Origin: Acidobacteriota bacterium
GTDB lineage: Bacteria; Acidobacteriota; Terriglobia; UBA7540
Assembly: GCA_024638215.1 (NCBI GenBank)
Contig: JAHEKS010000001.1
Location: forward strand, 195 to 64,194
Reading direction: 5' to 3'
DNA: 64,000 nt
Both the position numbers and the translations under genes were made by a program. This document shows, piece by piece, positions 35,405 through 44,433 of this stretch (its first letter is position 1; each line of letters starts with the position of its first letter). Under the pieces are notes generated by a model, which worked only from the letters and a program-made list of their open reading frames with translations, did no database searches and was not told the origin of the DNA.

Positions 35405-36913
35405 TCAGCGTCGTTTGGATTTGTCCTTGCGTTCGGTTTTGCCAACAACCGGGTTCTTTTTCGGTTTCTTCACTGCGGCCTTGCGAGGAAGCGTGACGGG
35501 CTTGGCCGGTTTTGGCGGCGCGGCGGGCTTGGCCGCTGCGGGCGCGGGCGCGGCTTTTACCTTGGGCTTTGGACGAGCGGGCTTCGGAGGTTTGGGCTCG
35601 GGAATCCCGGCCAGGCGCCGGAATTCTTTGATGAGTTGAGGATGCGATTTGATTTTGCCGTCGAGCTGATTGAAGAAAAGCTGCTCGACGATCTTTTCGA
35701 ATTTCGGACCCGGCTTGGCGCCGAGGGACAGGAACTCGTTCCGCGGCATGGAGGCGAGCACCACCGGCGCCTTTTGCAGGAAATGCTTGATGCGATTCTG
35801 AACCTTGGCCTGCGGGTAATGCACCAGAACGAAGAGAAGCAGCGTGGGCGGCTGCTCGGCCAGAATCGTGTAGGCCTTGCTCGGCGCGGCGGCGCGTGCC
35901 GAGCCGAGCAGGCGGGCCAGCTTCTTGGCGGCTTGCTCAAGTCCCAGCGCGGTCTTGACCGCCTTGGGTTCCACAATGATTTTGCGCGCCAGCCGGGCCC
36001 GCTGGCCGCCGCCGGGTTTGGCGACCAGGGTGTGAAAATTCAGCAGGAAGGGGTCGGCGCTGGGAACGCTTTGCGACACGGATTGGATTCTTTTGAATTG
36101 GTCGAAGGCAATCTTGCGCGGCGAGAGTTTCCTGTCAAGCCCGGCGAGCAGCCCTTGGGCACCAAGCTGCTTGAGAATGCGGCCCGGGTCTTCCTCGTGC
36201 AGAATCGCGCGCAGCTCGCTTCCCTGCTGCGCGGGATCGAGCCGTGTCCACAGGCGGTTCTCGAGCGCCGACGCCAGATGACGGGCGGTGCGCTCCTCCG
36301 GCTTGAAACCCAGCCGCAGGCCCAGCCGCAGCAGGCGATAGAGGCGCGAAGGGTCTTCGCTCAGGCTGCGGCTGTGAAGGATGCGCAGCTCGCGCTTTTC
36401 GATGTCGGCGGCGCCGTTGGTGGGATCCAGAAGCAGGCCGCGCGAATTCGGGTGCAGCGAGACGGCCATGGCGTTGACGGAGAAGTCGCGCCGGCACAGG
36501 TCCTCGAAGATCGTGGCGGGATAGATTTCCGGCGGCCGCCCGGGCTTGGAGTAGACTTCGCCGCGGCTCATGCTGATTTCGGCGCGCACGCCGTTCGAGA
36601 AAACCACTTCCGCCGAGCTCAACCGCCGCGAGAACTGGGCCACCTCCGCCTGAAGCGGCTCGAGCGAATCCCCCGCGGCCGCGCCCGGCCGGCTCCCCGG
36701 CCCTGGAAAGTAACGGATAACTCTCTCAGGATTACCTTCAACAGTAAAATCCAAATCGTTGATGGTTTGCTGGCCGTAGGTAAGGTCGCGGACCGCTCCG
36801 CCGACCAGATAGAGATTCAACCCTTGCTCGCCCGCCGCCCGACTGATCTGGCTGACCACCCGGAAGTGTTCGGGCTTCAGCCGCGTTTCCATCAGGAAAT
36901 TGTAGTCGCTCAT
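35405..36913 (-). CDS. CCA-adding enzyme / poly(A) polymerase family nucleotidyltransferase with Lys/Pro/Ala-rich C-terminal tail
   Basis: LYLVGGAVRDL...INDLDFTV head-domain motifs. 502 aa. The last 65 aa are PEPKPPKPARPKPKVKAAPAPAAAKPAAPPKPAKP...KKPKK...KSKRR. Confidence 0.8.
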   Translation of the reverse strand: MSDYNFLMETRLKPEHFRVVSQISRAAGEQGLNLYLVGGAVRDLTYGQQTINDLDFTVEGNPERVIRYFPGPGSRPGAAAGDSLEPLQAEVAQFSRRLSSAEVVFSNGVRAEISMSRGEVYSKPGRPPEIYPATIFEDLCRRDFSVNAMAVSLHPNSRGLLLDPTNGAADIEKRELRILHSRSLSEDPSRLYRLLRLGLRLGFKPEERTARHLASALENRLWTRLDPAQQGSELRAILHEEDPGRILKQLGAQGLLAGLDRKLSPRKIAFDQFKRIQSVSQSVPSADPFLLNFHTLVAKPGGGQRARLARKIIVEPKAVKTALGLEQAAKKLARLLGSARAAAPSKAYTILAEQPPTLLLFVLVHYPQAKVQNRIKHFLQKAPVVLASMPRNEFLSLGAKPGPKFEKIVEQLFFNQLDGKIKSHPQLIKEFRRLAGIPEPKPPKPARPKPKVKAAPAPAAAKPAAPPKPAKPVTLPRKAAVKKPKKNPVVGKTERKDKSKRR

Positions 36914-36923
36914 CGTTTAGTCA

Positions 36924-36951
36924 TCAGTCCTCAGTTATCAGTTATCAGTCC
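36924..36951. repeat. heptanucleotide tandem repeat (TCAGTYM)x4
   Basis: tcagtcc tcagtta tcagtta tcagtcc, 10 nt from the cca-family start codon (36913). Confidence 0.8.
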
Positions 36952-37035
36952 CAGTGTTACTTCATCGCGTGCTGCACGCGCGCTCGCGGCCCGTTCCCCG
37001 TGCATTCCGCCCTCGCGCTTGCGCGGGCCGCGTCC

Positions 37036-38115
37036 TCAAGCGCGTGGATGGTGGCTCTGGTAGACCTGTTTGATTCGCTCCTTCATGACGTGCGTGTAAA
37101 TCTGCGTGGTCGAAATATCGCTGTGCCCCAGCATCAACTGGATGGAGCGCAGGTCCGCGCCGCGCTCGAGCAGGTGCGTGGCGAAGGAATGGCGCACCAG
37201 GTGGGGCGTGAGCGGCGTTTGGATGCCCGCCGCGCGGCCATAGGCCGCCAGGATTTTCCAGAAACCCACCCGAGTGAGCCGGGTGCCGCGCTGGTTCAGG
37301 AACAAAAACGGAACGCCCGGCTTCTTGGCGAGCTTGGGCCGGCCCTCGCGCACGTAGGCTTCAACCGCCCGCAGCGCCGATTTTCCCACCGGGATCAGCC
37401 GCTCCTTGTTTCCCTTGCCGCGGCAGCGCACCACGCCGAGGTTCGGTTCGAAATCGTCCCAGGACAAGTGGACGATTTCCGAAACCCGCATGCCGGTGGC
37501 GTACAGCAGTTCCAGCATGGCGCGGTCGCGCCGCCCGGCGCGGGAGGAGGCGTCGGGCTTCGCGAGCAGGGCGTCAACTTCACCCGCGGTCAGATACTTG
37601 GGCAGGCTGAGTCCGATCTTGGGCGCGTCCACTTCCCGCGTCGGGTCGCTCGGGACTCTGCCTTCCTGAACCAGGAATCGGAAAAGGTTGCGCAACGAAA
37701 CCAGTTGGCGCGCCACCGACCGCGCGCTCAGGCCGCGGCGGTAAAGCGACGCCAGGTAATCCCGCAAGTCGTCGCGGCTGAGCCGGTCGAGCTCGTTGCC
37801 GGTGCGGGCAAGAAACCGGCCGAAGTCCGCCAGGTCGCGCCCATAGCTCGAAATGCTGTTCGCTGCCAGGCCTTTTTCAACGCGAACATAGTCGAGGAAT
37901 TGCGCGATGGCCAGATCAAAGTCCGGGCTGGCGGGTGCGGCGAAATCCGGCGGCCGATCAGTTGCCGGCGCGGGGGGAGGCGGGCCCTGAGTTGCTCGTT
38001 CCCCGGTGCGGCCCGATCCGAATTTTGCCTTGCCGGCCATTTCGATTACGCTGGACAGGGGCCGAAACTTGAGGCTATCTGGCTTCCCCACGACATGAGA
38101 AGTCGCCTCGGGCAT
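37036..38115 (-). CDS. xerD: site-specific tyrosine recombinase XerD (XerC/D family)
   Basis: LTPHLVRHSFATHLLERGADLRSIQLMLGHSDISTTQIYTHV catalytic region. Pro-rich N-terminal extension of about 60 aa, so the start is uncertain (alternative MAGKAKF). Confidence 0.85.
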   Translation of the reverse strand: MPEATSHVVGKPDSLKFRPLSSVIEMAGKAKFGSGRTGERATQGPPPPAPATDRPPDFAAPASPDFDLAIAQFLDYVRVEKGLAANSISSYGRDLADFGRFLARTGNELDRLSRDDLRDYLASLYRRGLSARSVARQLVSLRNLFRFLVQEGRVPSDPTREVDAPKIGLSLPKYLTAGEVDALLAKPDASSRAGRRDRAMLELLYATGMRVSEIVHLSWDDFEPNLGVVRCRGKGNKERLIPVGKSALRAVEAYVREGRPKLAKKPGVPFLFLNQRGTRLTRVGFWKILAAYGRAAGIQTPLTPHLVRHSFATHLLERGADLRSIQLMLGHSDISTTQIYTHVMKERIKQVYQSHHPRA

Positions 38116-38222
38116 TCCGCCGCGGCGCAGACCTCTCCTCCCAATTGTGCTGTAAGTCGTTGTTTTGTAAGACGCTTAGCGGACTTTTTCAAAAGCGCCG
38201 CTCCGGCTGGCCGCCGAGATAC

Positions 38223-38250
38223 TTGACAGGTCCCTTCCGGCGCCTATACT
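38223..38250 (+). promoter_or_regulatory. near-consensus sigma70 promoter candidate
   Basis: TTGACA (38223-38228), 16-nt spacer, TATACT (38245-38250), 70 nt upstream of GTG 38320. Confidence 0.45.
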
Positions 38251-38319
38251 AGCACAAGCACATTACAGTGGCCAAGCTGTAATCCGAAGTTAATTAGAAG
38301 CTTAGGACGGTCAACGATT

Positions 38320-38838
38320 GTGAAAGCCCCACAGTCATCCACCTACAAGAAGGTGGTCGTCCGCAAGCTGGACCGCGGGGTGGTCAGGGGTTTCGTGAAC
38401 CCGGGAGCCTATCTGGGGCCGGAAGGCGTCGAATTGATGGACCTCGACGGCCGCCGGATGGCGATCCCGCTCGACGAGGTCAAGGGGATTTATTTCGTTC
38501 GGGAATTTGAAGGCGACAGCGAGCGCGTCGAGCGAAAGAAGTTCCTCAGCCGCCCCAAATTGGCCGGCCTCTGGGTCCGCATGAAGTTCAAGGACGCCGA
38601 AGTCCTGGACGGGCTGCTCTCGGAAAACCTGCTGGAACTTGAGCCCCAGGGGTATTTGGTGACGCCGCCGGACGTTTTCTCCAACAACCTCAAGATTTTC
38701 GTCCCGCGCTCGGCGCTGGAGACGCTGGAAGTGCTGGGCGTCATCGCCAACGGGGCGCGCCGCGGGAACGGCGGGCCGGACCGCGTGCGGCGCAAAACAC
38801 TCTCCCCTTCCCGTCAGATGCGCCTCTTCTTCCCCTGA
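38320..38838 (+). CDS. hypothetical protein with apparent internal beta-rich duplication
   Basis: GTG start, 172 aa. Two similar halves: VVVRKLDRGVVRGFV...GVELMD...IPLDEVKGIYFV and LWVRMKFKDAEVLDGLL...GYLVTP...VPRSALETLEVL. Confidence 0.7.
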   Translation: MKAPQSSTYKKVVVRKLDRGVVRGFVNPGAYLGPEGVELMDLDGRRMAIPLDEVKGIYFVREFEGDSERVERKKFLSRPKLAGLWVRMKFKDAEVLDGLLSENLLELEPQGYLVTPPDVFSNNLKIFVPRSALETLEVLGVIANGARRGNGGPDRVRRKTLSPSRQMRLFFP

Positions 38839-38891
38839 CCCGGCGCAGACACTTGCGCCACGATGGGAATCACGCAGAAATGGGTGGACGA

Positions 38892-39578
38892 TTATCCGGC
38901 GGCGGAAGCCGCGGGAGGAGGAAGTTCCATGCGGTGATGGATGGCGTAAAGGACCAACTCCAGGCGGTCTGAAACACCCACCTTGTCAAAAATCGTTCGC
39001 AGGTGGTTCTTGACGGTCTGCTCGGTGATGGAAAGGTGGTCGGCGATTTCGCGGTTTCGCCAGCCTTGGAGAAGGCAGCCGATGATGGATTTCTCGCGCC
39101 GCGTCAGAGTATCCACGGGCCGGACTTCCGCTCCTGCTGCGCCTGCGGAGGAGGGTTCCTCAGTCTCTGGCTTGGGGAGAAAGCTGCCGTTTTTCGTGAT
39201 CGTTACGGCGCATTTGACAAAGCTCTCCGCCGCGGCCGATTTCAGAACAACGCCCACGGCCCCGCGCTTGACAAGGGACTGCACCTCATCGTCGCTGACA
39301 CTGTCACCCATGATGACGATCTTGCTGCGCGGAACGGCCTGGCGAGTCCGCGCCATCAGATCGCCCGAACCTTCCTGGGCGATCTCATACTGGACAAAGA
39401 GAAGGTCCGCCCGAAACTTCTTGGCTAGTTCGGGCACTTGCGCGGCGTTCTCCGCCTGCGCGACAACGCGAAAATCGTCTTCCAGGGCAAAGAGCTTCTT
39501 CAAGCCGAGCCGGAACACCCCGGCGCGATCGGCGATGAGAATTCGGTATTTGCGGTTAGGTTTAGCTTCTGCGCGCAC
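38892..39578 (-). CDS. LuxR/NarL-family regulator with degenerate (pseudo-)receiver domain
   Basis: C-terminal LuxR HTH LTRREKSIIGCLLQGWRNREIADHLSITEQTVKNHL. The receiver fold is present but the phospho-acceptor position reads ADLLFVQYEI (Q where D is expected). GTG start. Confidence 0.85.
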   Translation of the reverse strand: MRAEAKPNRKYRILIADRAGVFRLGLKKLFALEDDFRVVAQAENAAQVPELAKKFRADLLFVQYEIAQEGSGDLMARTRQAVPRSKIVIMGDSVSDDEVQSLVKRGAVGVVLKSAAAESFVKCAVTITKNGSFLPKPETEEPSSAGAAGAEVRPVDTLTRREKSIIGCLLQGWRNREIADHLSITEQTVKNHLRTIFDKVGVSDRLELVLYAIHHRMELPPPAASAAG

Positions 39579-39744
39579 GTGACGACATCCTGGCGGCCGC
39601 GTTGCAATCAGCCCGCCGACTGACGGGCAAACCGCCGGAAACGAAAGACTCCATCATGGACAGTTGGAAGCGTTTTCAGGCCTGGACGCGGCTCTTCCCG
39701 TGGGCGGGAGCGCTGGACGTGCGCGCAAAAGGCGCCGACGGGCA

Positions 39745-40074
39745 TCAGACCACGCGATGTGCAGGCCGGAAACGATAGTCGTCGATGATCGCACCGAGGC
39801 CGGCAGACGCGCCGGACTTCTCCTGCTTCACCACGCGTCCCTGGCAGAGTAATTGGAAGGGGGTTCGGGTGATTTCCACCGGCAAGTTCACCGTGATGGA
39901 AATCGGGGTCAAGGCGCGGAGACGAACGGGAATACTCAAATACACGCCGTTTCCGCTCATGATCGCCGTTTTCCCTTGCGCCCGCTGAGGCCTTCCGGCG
40001 CGATTCTTCCAGCTGATTTCAACCGGGAGTTCGACCGGAATCCGGGCGCCTGAGCGTAGAAAGTTCATATCCAT
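39745..40074 (-). CDS. PilZ domain protein (109 aa), partly degenerate motifs
   Basis: RxxxR present (LRSGARIPVEL). The second motif reads IMSGNG instead of (D/N)xSxxG. Size and beta-barrel-like pattern fit single-domain PilZ. Confidence 0.65.
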   Translation of the reverse strand: MDMNFLRSGARIPVELPVEISWKNRAGRPQRAQGKTAIMSGNGVYLSIPVRLRALTPISITVNLPVEITRTPFQLLCQGRVVKQEKSGASAGLGAIIDDYRFRPAHRVV

Positions 40075-40687
40075 TTACCGGCCCTCTGAAGCCCTCATCT
40101 TCGACGTTCAGAGGTTAGCCTTTTTCTGTTTTCAATGCAAGTTGCTTTCTTGCCAACACCACAACCCGACGCAGGGGGAGTCATCCACCCAGTAAATATC
40201 TTCCTTTGGCCGGAGCGGCGGGGACGGTTGGCTGCTGATTGCTACGTTCACTCCGGTGTCGCCGCTCAACCCAGCTTCGGACTCAACCTGAACGGCCGTC
40301 CCCGCAAGCTTTATGGTTCCCAAGGCCACGAGAAGCGGGATCGCTCAACTAACTTGCCACTCGCCTTTCCACCACCCGCCACCAAGGGGGTAGTTCGTCC
40401 CGTGCTGCAGATTCTCCGACGAATCGTTCCCGAGAGCAATGACACGGAAGTACTATGAGGTAAGCACCGGCGCTAGCCTCGCCGCTCGGCAGGCAGGCCT
40501 CATCCTTCCTGCTTGGGGCTGGCCGCCTTACGAAAGCTGCTCCACGTTGCGCCGTGACCCGCGGACTGATAACTTGAGGGTGCGCATCGTAGCGAGCCAG
40601 GCTTCATTTGCCGCAGAGCGGGCGTCTCTGCCGAGGCGCCGGTGGCGCGCTGCCTGGTTCGCGACCTCAGAAATGGAGATTCACAAA

Positions 40688-41704
40688 ATGAGATTGGACG
40701 AGATTGCCGCCCGCCTCGACTGCCGGCTGGAGGGACCGGGCGATTTGGAGATCACGGGCGTTGCGGGTATGGACGAAGCAACCCCGAGCCAGCTCACCTT
40801 CCTGGCCAACCGCAAATACCGGCCGAAGCTGCGCACAACGCGCGCCGCCGCGGTCATCCTCGACCTCGACGAGCCTTCGCCCGGCCGGCCCGCCCTGCGC
40901 TCCGACAATCCGTATCTGGTGTTCGCTCGCGCGCTGGAACTCTTCTCGCCGCCGCCAAAGCCCTCCACCGGCATTCATCCCACCGCCGTCATCGCTCCCG
41001 GCGCGAAGATCGGCCACAACGCTTCGATCGGGCCTTATGTGGTGATCGAAGAGGACGTTGAGCTGGGAGACGACTGCGTGCTGAAGAGCTTCGTGGTCAT
41101 TTATCGCGGCGCGAAGATCGGCAACCGATTTCTGGCTCACGCCCACGCCGTGGTGCGCGAAAACGTCTTCATCGGCGACGACGTGATTCTACAGAACGGC
41201 GCGGTGGTTGGGGGCGACGGCTTCGGCTTCGCCAAGCAAGCTGACGGCTCGTATTACAAGATCGTCCAGGCGGGAACCGTGATCGTCGAAAACGGCGTGG
41301 AAATCCAGTCCAACGCCTGCATTGACCGCGCAACCGTGGGCGAAACCCGCCTGCACCGCGGCGTGAAGGTGGATAACCTGGTGCAGGTGGGGCATTCGTG
41401 CGACGTGGGCGAGAACACTCTGCTCTGCGGCCAGGCGGGCCTGGCAGGCAGCACCAAACTGGGCCGCAACGTTGTGCTGGCCGGGCAAGTGGGCGTGGCC
41501 GGCCACTTGACCATCGGCGACAACGTCATTGCCACCGCGCAATCCGGCATCCCTGCCGACGTCGAGCCAGGCAAGATCGTTTCCGGATATCCCGCCATTG
41601 ACAACGCCCAGTGGCTGAAGTGCTCGGCGGTTTTCAACAAGTTGCCCGAGCTTTATAACGAAGTGCGGAAATCCCGCAGAACTCTCAAGAAAGAGAAACC
41701 GTGA
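40688..41704 (+). CDS. lpxD: UDP-3-O-acylglucosamine N-acyltransferase
   Basis: ATG 40688 lies 8 nt after [21 protein letters not shown]..., then long hexapeptide-repeat LbH domain. The track ORF N-terminal extension looks non-coding. Confidence 0.92.
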   Translation: MRLDEIAARLDCRLEGPGDLEITGVAGMDEATPSQLTFLANRKYRPKLRTTRAAAVILDLDEPSPGRPALRSDNPYLVFARALELFSPPPKPSTGIHPTAVIAPGAKIGHNASIGPYVVIEEDVELGDDCVLKSFVVIYRGAKIGNRFLAHAHAVVRENVFIGDDVILQNGAVVGGDGFGFAKQADGSYYKIVQAGTVIVENGVEIQSNACIDRATVGETRLHRGVKVDNLVQVGHSCDVGENTLLCGQAGLAGSTKLGRNVVLAGQVGVAGHLTIGDNVIATAQSGIPADVEPGKIVSGYPAIDNAQWLKCSAVFNKLPELYNEVRKSRRTLKKEKP

Positions 41705-41743
41705 CGGCGGCGTGAGCCGCCTCGGCAGCGCTCGCTTGCCGCC

Positions 41744-42478
41744 TCAGTTTCTGCGCGCCGCATCCTCCGCCGGCCACTCCTCCGGCGCGAGACCGGAGAG
41801 AATCTTCGCCCGCACCGCTTCCATGATCCTGGCGCGATCATCAACCGAGCAACCTTGGGTAGGAACGGGTTCGTGAATCGTGATGCGCACGGTGCCGGGG
41901 TGCAGGCTTGCCTCGCCTTTGCGCATGATCTTGTTGCTGCCGGAAATGGAAACGGGCACGATGGGCGCGCCCGCCTTCAGCGCCATCATGAAGACGCCTT
42001 TCTTGAACGGTTGCAGGCGGCCACTGGGGCTGCGCGTGCCTTCCGGATAAGCCAGAAACGACTTGCCGGCCTTCAGCGATTCCACCGCGCGCTCGACCGC
42101 CTGAATCGCGCGCTCGCGGTTCTTGCGATCGACGGGGACAAAGCCGCGCATCCGCATCGCCCGCCCCAGCACCGGCACGCGGAAGAACTCCTTCTTCACC
42201 ATCACCAAAACGGGCGGCAGCACCGCCAGCGCAGCGGGCGGGTCGGAGTTGCTCTGATGATTGGGCATAAAAACCACGGCGCGGTCGTGGGGGATGTTCT
42301 CTTTCCCTTGAACTTCCAGGCGCACGCCCGCCAGCCACAAGGCCATTCGCGCCCCGGCGACGCCGACTTGATAAACCGGGTCGGTGTTCCCGGTGACGAT
42401 GGCGTAAAGCACGACCGGCGTCCCAATAATGAGGATGTAAGCGACCGTGATGCCAATGACAAAAATGGAGCGGATCAT
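41744..42478 (-). CDS. plsC: 1-acyl-sn-glycerol-3-phosphate acyltransferase
   Basis: NHQSNSDP (HxxxxD) and YPEGTRS motifs. N-terminal TM helix. Confidence 0.88.
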   Translation of the reverse strand: MIRSIFVIGITVAYILIIGTPVVLYAIVTGNTDPVYQVGVAGARMALWLAGVRLEVQGKENIPHDRAVVFMPNHQSNSDPPAALAVLPPVLVMVKKEFFRVPVLGRAMRMRGFVPVDRKNRERAIQAVERAVESLKAGKSFLAYPEGTRSPSGRLQPFKKGVFMMALKAGAPIVPVSISGSNKIMRKGEASLHPGTVRITIHEPVPTQGCSVDDRARIMEAVRAKILSGLAPEEWPAEDAARRN

Positions 42479-42483
42479 GGTTC

Positions 42484-44280
42484 TTACCGCTCAGGCGCGG
42501 CGTCGGTCTTCCCTTCCAGCCAGCCGTTGCGCACGCGAAGCTCGTCATCGGTCGCGTGGGCTTTCTCCTCGACGCGATAGGAATTGACCCTGGATTTTTC
42601 CAGCCGGTATTTGACGGTGAGAGACTTTCCCGCGCGACGCACTTCGAATTCCACTTTCTCGCCGCCGGTGGTGTTGGAAAGAAGTTCGTCGGGAGGATAA
42701 TTCAGCGGCCGGCCGTTCATCTTGAGCAGCACGTCTCCCTTCCTGATTCCCGCGCGAGCCGCGTTGCCGTCAGGGTCAACCGACTCAACCGTGACGGGCC
42801 CGTTGAATCCGCGCTCCGCGTGGAATCCCAGCGCGCCCTGCACCGCCGTGGTCGAGAGAAGCTCGAGTCCCGCATATCCGAGATAGGTGTTGTAATCGAG
42901 TTCGCGCGTTCCGGAAACGTAGTCGCGGAAAAACTCCTCGCGTCCGCTGAACTCGGGCGCGACTTCGCCGATCACGTTCAACAGGTCCGCTTGGGTGAAA
43001 AAGCGGTGCCGCTTGGCAAAATCGTCGTTCAAGCGCCGCATCACGTCGTCCAGGCTCTCACGGTTTTGCGTGGCGTGGCGGATCCGGAGATCGAGCAGAA
43101 AACCCAGCAACTCGCCCTTGTTGTAATAGGAAATGCTCCGGTCGGGCCGCAAATAGTCCAGATACTTTTCGAGCCACGCCGAGCGTCCGGCGTCTTCGAC
43201 GCTCTGAAACAGGCGCGCGGGCCTGTCCTGCAGCGCCCCGATCTGGGAGGCAATGCGCCGGTAAAAATCCTCGCGCGACGTCAGGCCGGCGCGCAGGAGC
43301 GTCAGTTCCTGGTAAGTGCTAGTCACGCCTTCGGAGAACCACAAAGCGCGCGTGTCGTTGCCGTGCACGTAATCCACCGGCTCGAGCCCGGCGGGCCGGA
43401 TGCGCTTGACGTTCCAAAGGTGGAAAAATTCGTGAGCGGCGGTCGCCTCCACCGCTTGCCAGTTTTCGCGCACCGTCGGGGCGGGCAGGCTGATGGCCGT
43501 CCCGTAAGCGTGTTCCATTCCGCCGCCCCCGCCGGCCGGCAGGAAATGGAAGATGAACGTGTAGCGCAAGAAAGGCACGTCGCGCATCATCGCGGTTTCC
43601 GTTGCGGTGATTTTTTCGAGCGAATCCAGCAACCGCTCGGAAGAGTAATCCTTCGGATTTGCATCCACGATCACGCGATACTTCGCGTTTCCCTGCTGGT
43701 AATCGTATTCGGCGAAATGGCCCGCCTCAACCGGACTGTCCACCAGCGCGTCATAGTTCGCGGCCGCGAATTCCTCCGTCGGGCCACTAGCAGGAAGCAG
43801 CGTGACCAGCTTCCAGCCTTCGGGAAGAATGACACTGACGCGAGCCGGACGGTCACGGCCCTGTGGCAGGTAGAAAAGCAGCATGGCGAGATTCAGAAAA
43901 CTGTGGTGGTCGTTCAGGATGCTCGAGAAAGGACCTTCCTCATTGGCGTAAACGGAGTAGCGAACTGCGAGCGTCGCGCAATTCCCGGACCGGGTACGCC
44001 AGGTTTCTACGTCCACCCGTTTGAGCTTGAGCTTTTGGCCGTCGCAATTGGCGCGGACGTCGCTCACGTTGCGGACGAAATCGCGAATCTGGTAGAGAGC
44101 GTTCCACGCCGGGAATTGAATCTCGGTTCTGGGAGGAACGTCGGGCACGCTCATTTCGACACTCACCTTGTGCGTGTCGGTTGAGCGCAGGTCGAGCGCG
44201 TAGCGCACCGTCAAATCGGCAGCTCGCGCCGTCGCGGTCGAAAGCGCGGCCACGAAGAAGACAAGCCCGCACCACGTCAT
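42484..44280 (-). CDS. M61-family glycyl aminopeptidase with C-terminal PDZ domain
   Basis: ATG 44280 gives signal peptide MTWCGLVFFVAALSTATARA. HEFFHLWNVKRIRP zinc motif. PDZ segment GIRKGDVLLKMNG. Confidence 0.88.
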   Translation of the reverse strand: MTWCGLVFFVAALSTATARAADLTVRYALDLRSTDTHKVSVEMSVPDVPPRTEIQFPAWNALYQIRDFVRNVSDVRANCDGQKLKLKRVDVETWRTRSGNCATLAVRYSVYANEEGPFSSILNDHHSFLNLAMLLFYLPQGRDRPARVSVILPEGWKLVTLLPASGPTEEFAAANYDALVDSPVEAGHFAEYDYQQGNAKYRVIVDANPKDYSSERLLDSLEKITATETAMMRDVPFLRYTFIFHFLPAGGGGGMEHAYGTAISLPAPTVRENWQAVEATAAHEFFHLWNVKRIRPAGLEPVDYVHGNDTRALWFSEGVTSTYQELTLLRAGLTSREDFYRRIASQIGALQDRPARLFQSVEDAGRSAWLEKYLDYLRPDRSISYYNKGELLGFLLDLRIRHATQNRESLDDVMRRLNDDFAKRHRFFTQADLLNVIGEVAPEFSGREEFFRDYVSGTRELDYNTYLGYAGLELLSTTAVQGALGFHAERGFNGPVTVESVDPDGNAARAGIRKGDVLLKMNGRPLNYPPDELLSNTTGGEKVEFEVRRAGKSLTVKYRLEKSRVNSYRVEEKAHATDDELRVRNGWLEGKTDAAPER

Positions 44281-44433
44281 CCGGGCCGCGGCTGCGTCTG
44301 TCTCAAGCTTGCGGCTTCCCTTGCAACTGCCTGGGTGACGAATCGTTTCGCGCCTCGTTGACCGATCGGGAATTCGGAGAATTGATTCCATGGTTCGCGG
44401 GCTAATATATCCAGAGGTGGGACGAAGAGCAAT

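Noticed and set aside
37036-38115. Tyrosine recombinase as a marker of an integrated mobile element
   Set aside because: Its sequence and size fit housekeeping XerD. I saw no flanking tRNA, direct repeats, phage or IS genes, and the neighbours are core genes.
40135-40458. 107-aa plus-strand ORF upstream of lpxD
   Set aside because: Pro/Arg-rich, with no SD. It overlaps the equally weak minus-strand 65-aa ORF and has no recognisable motif.
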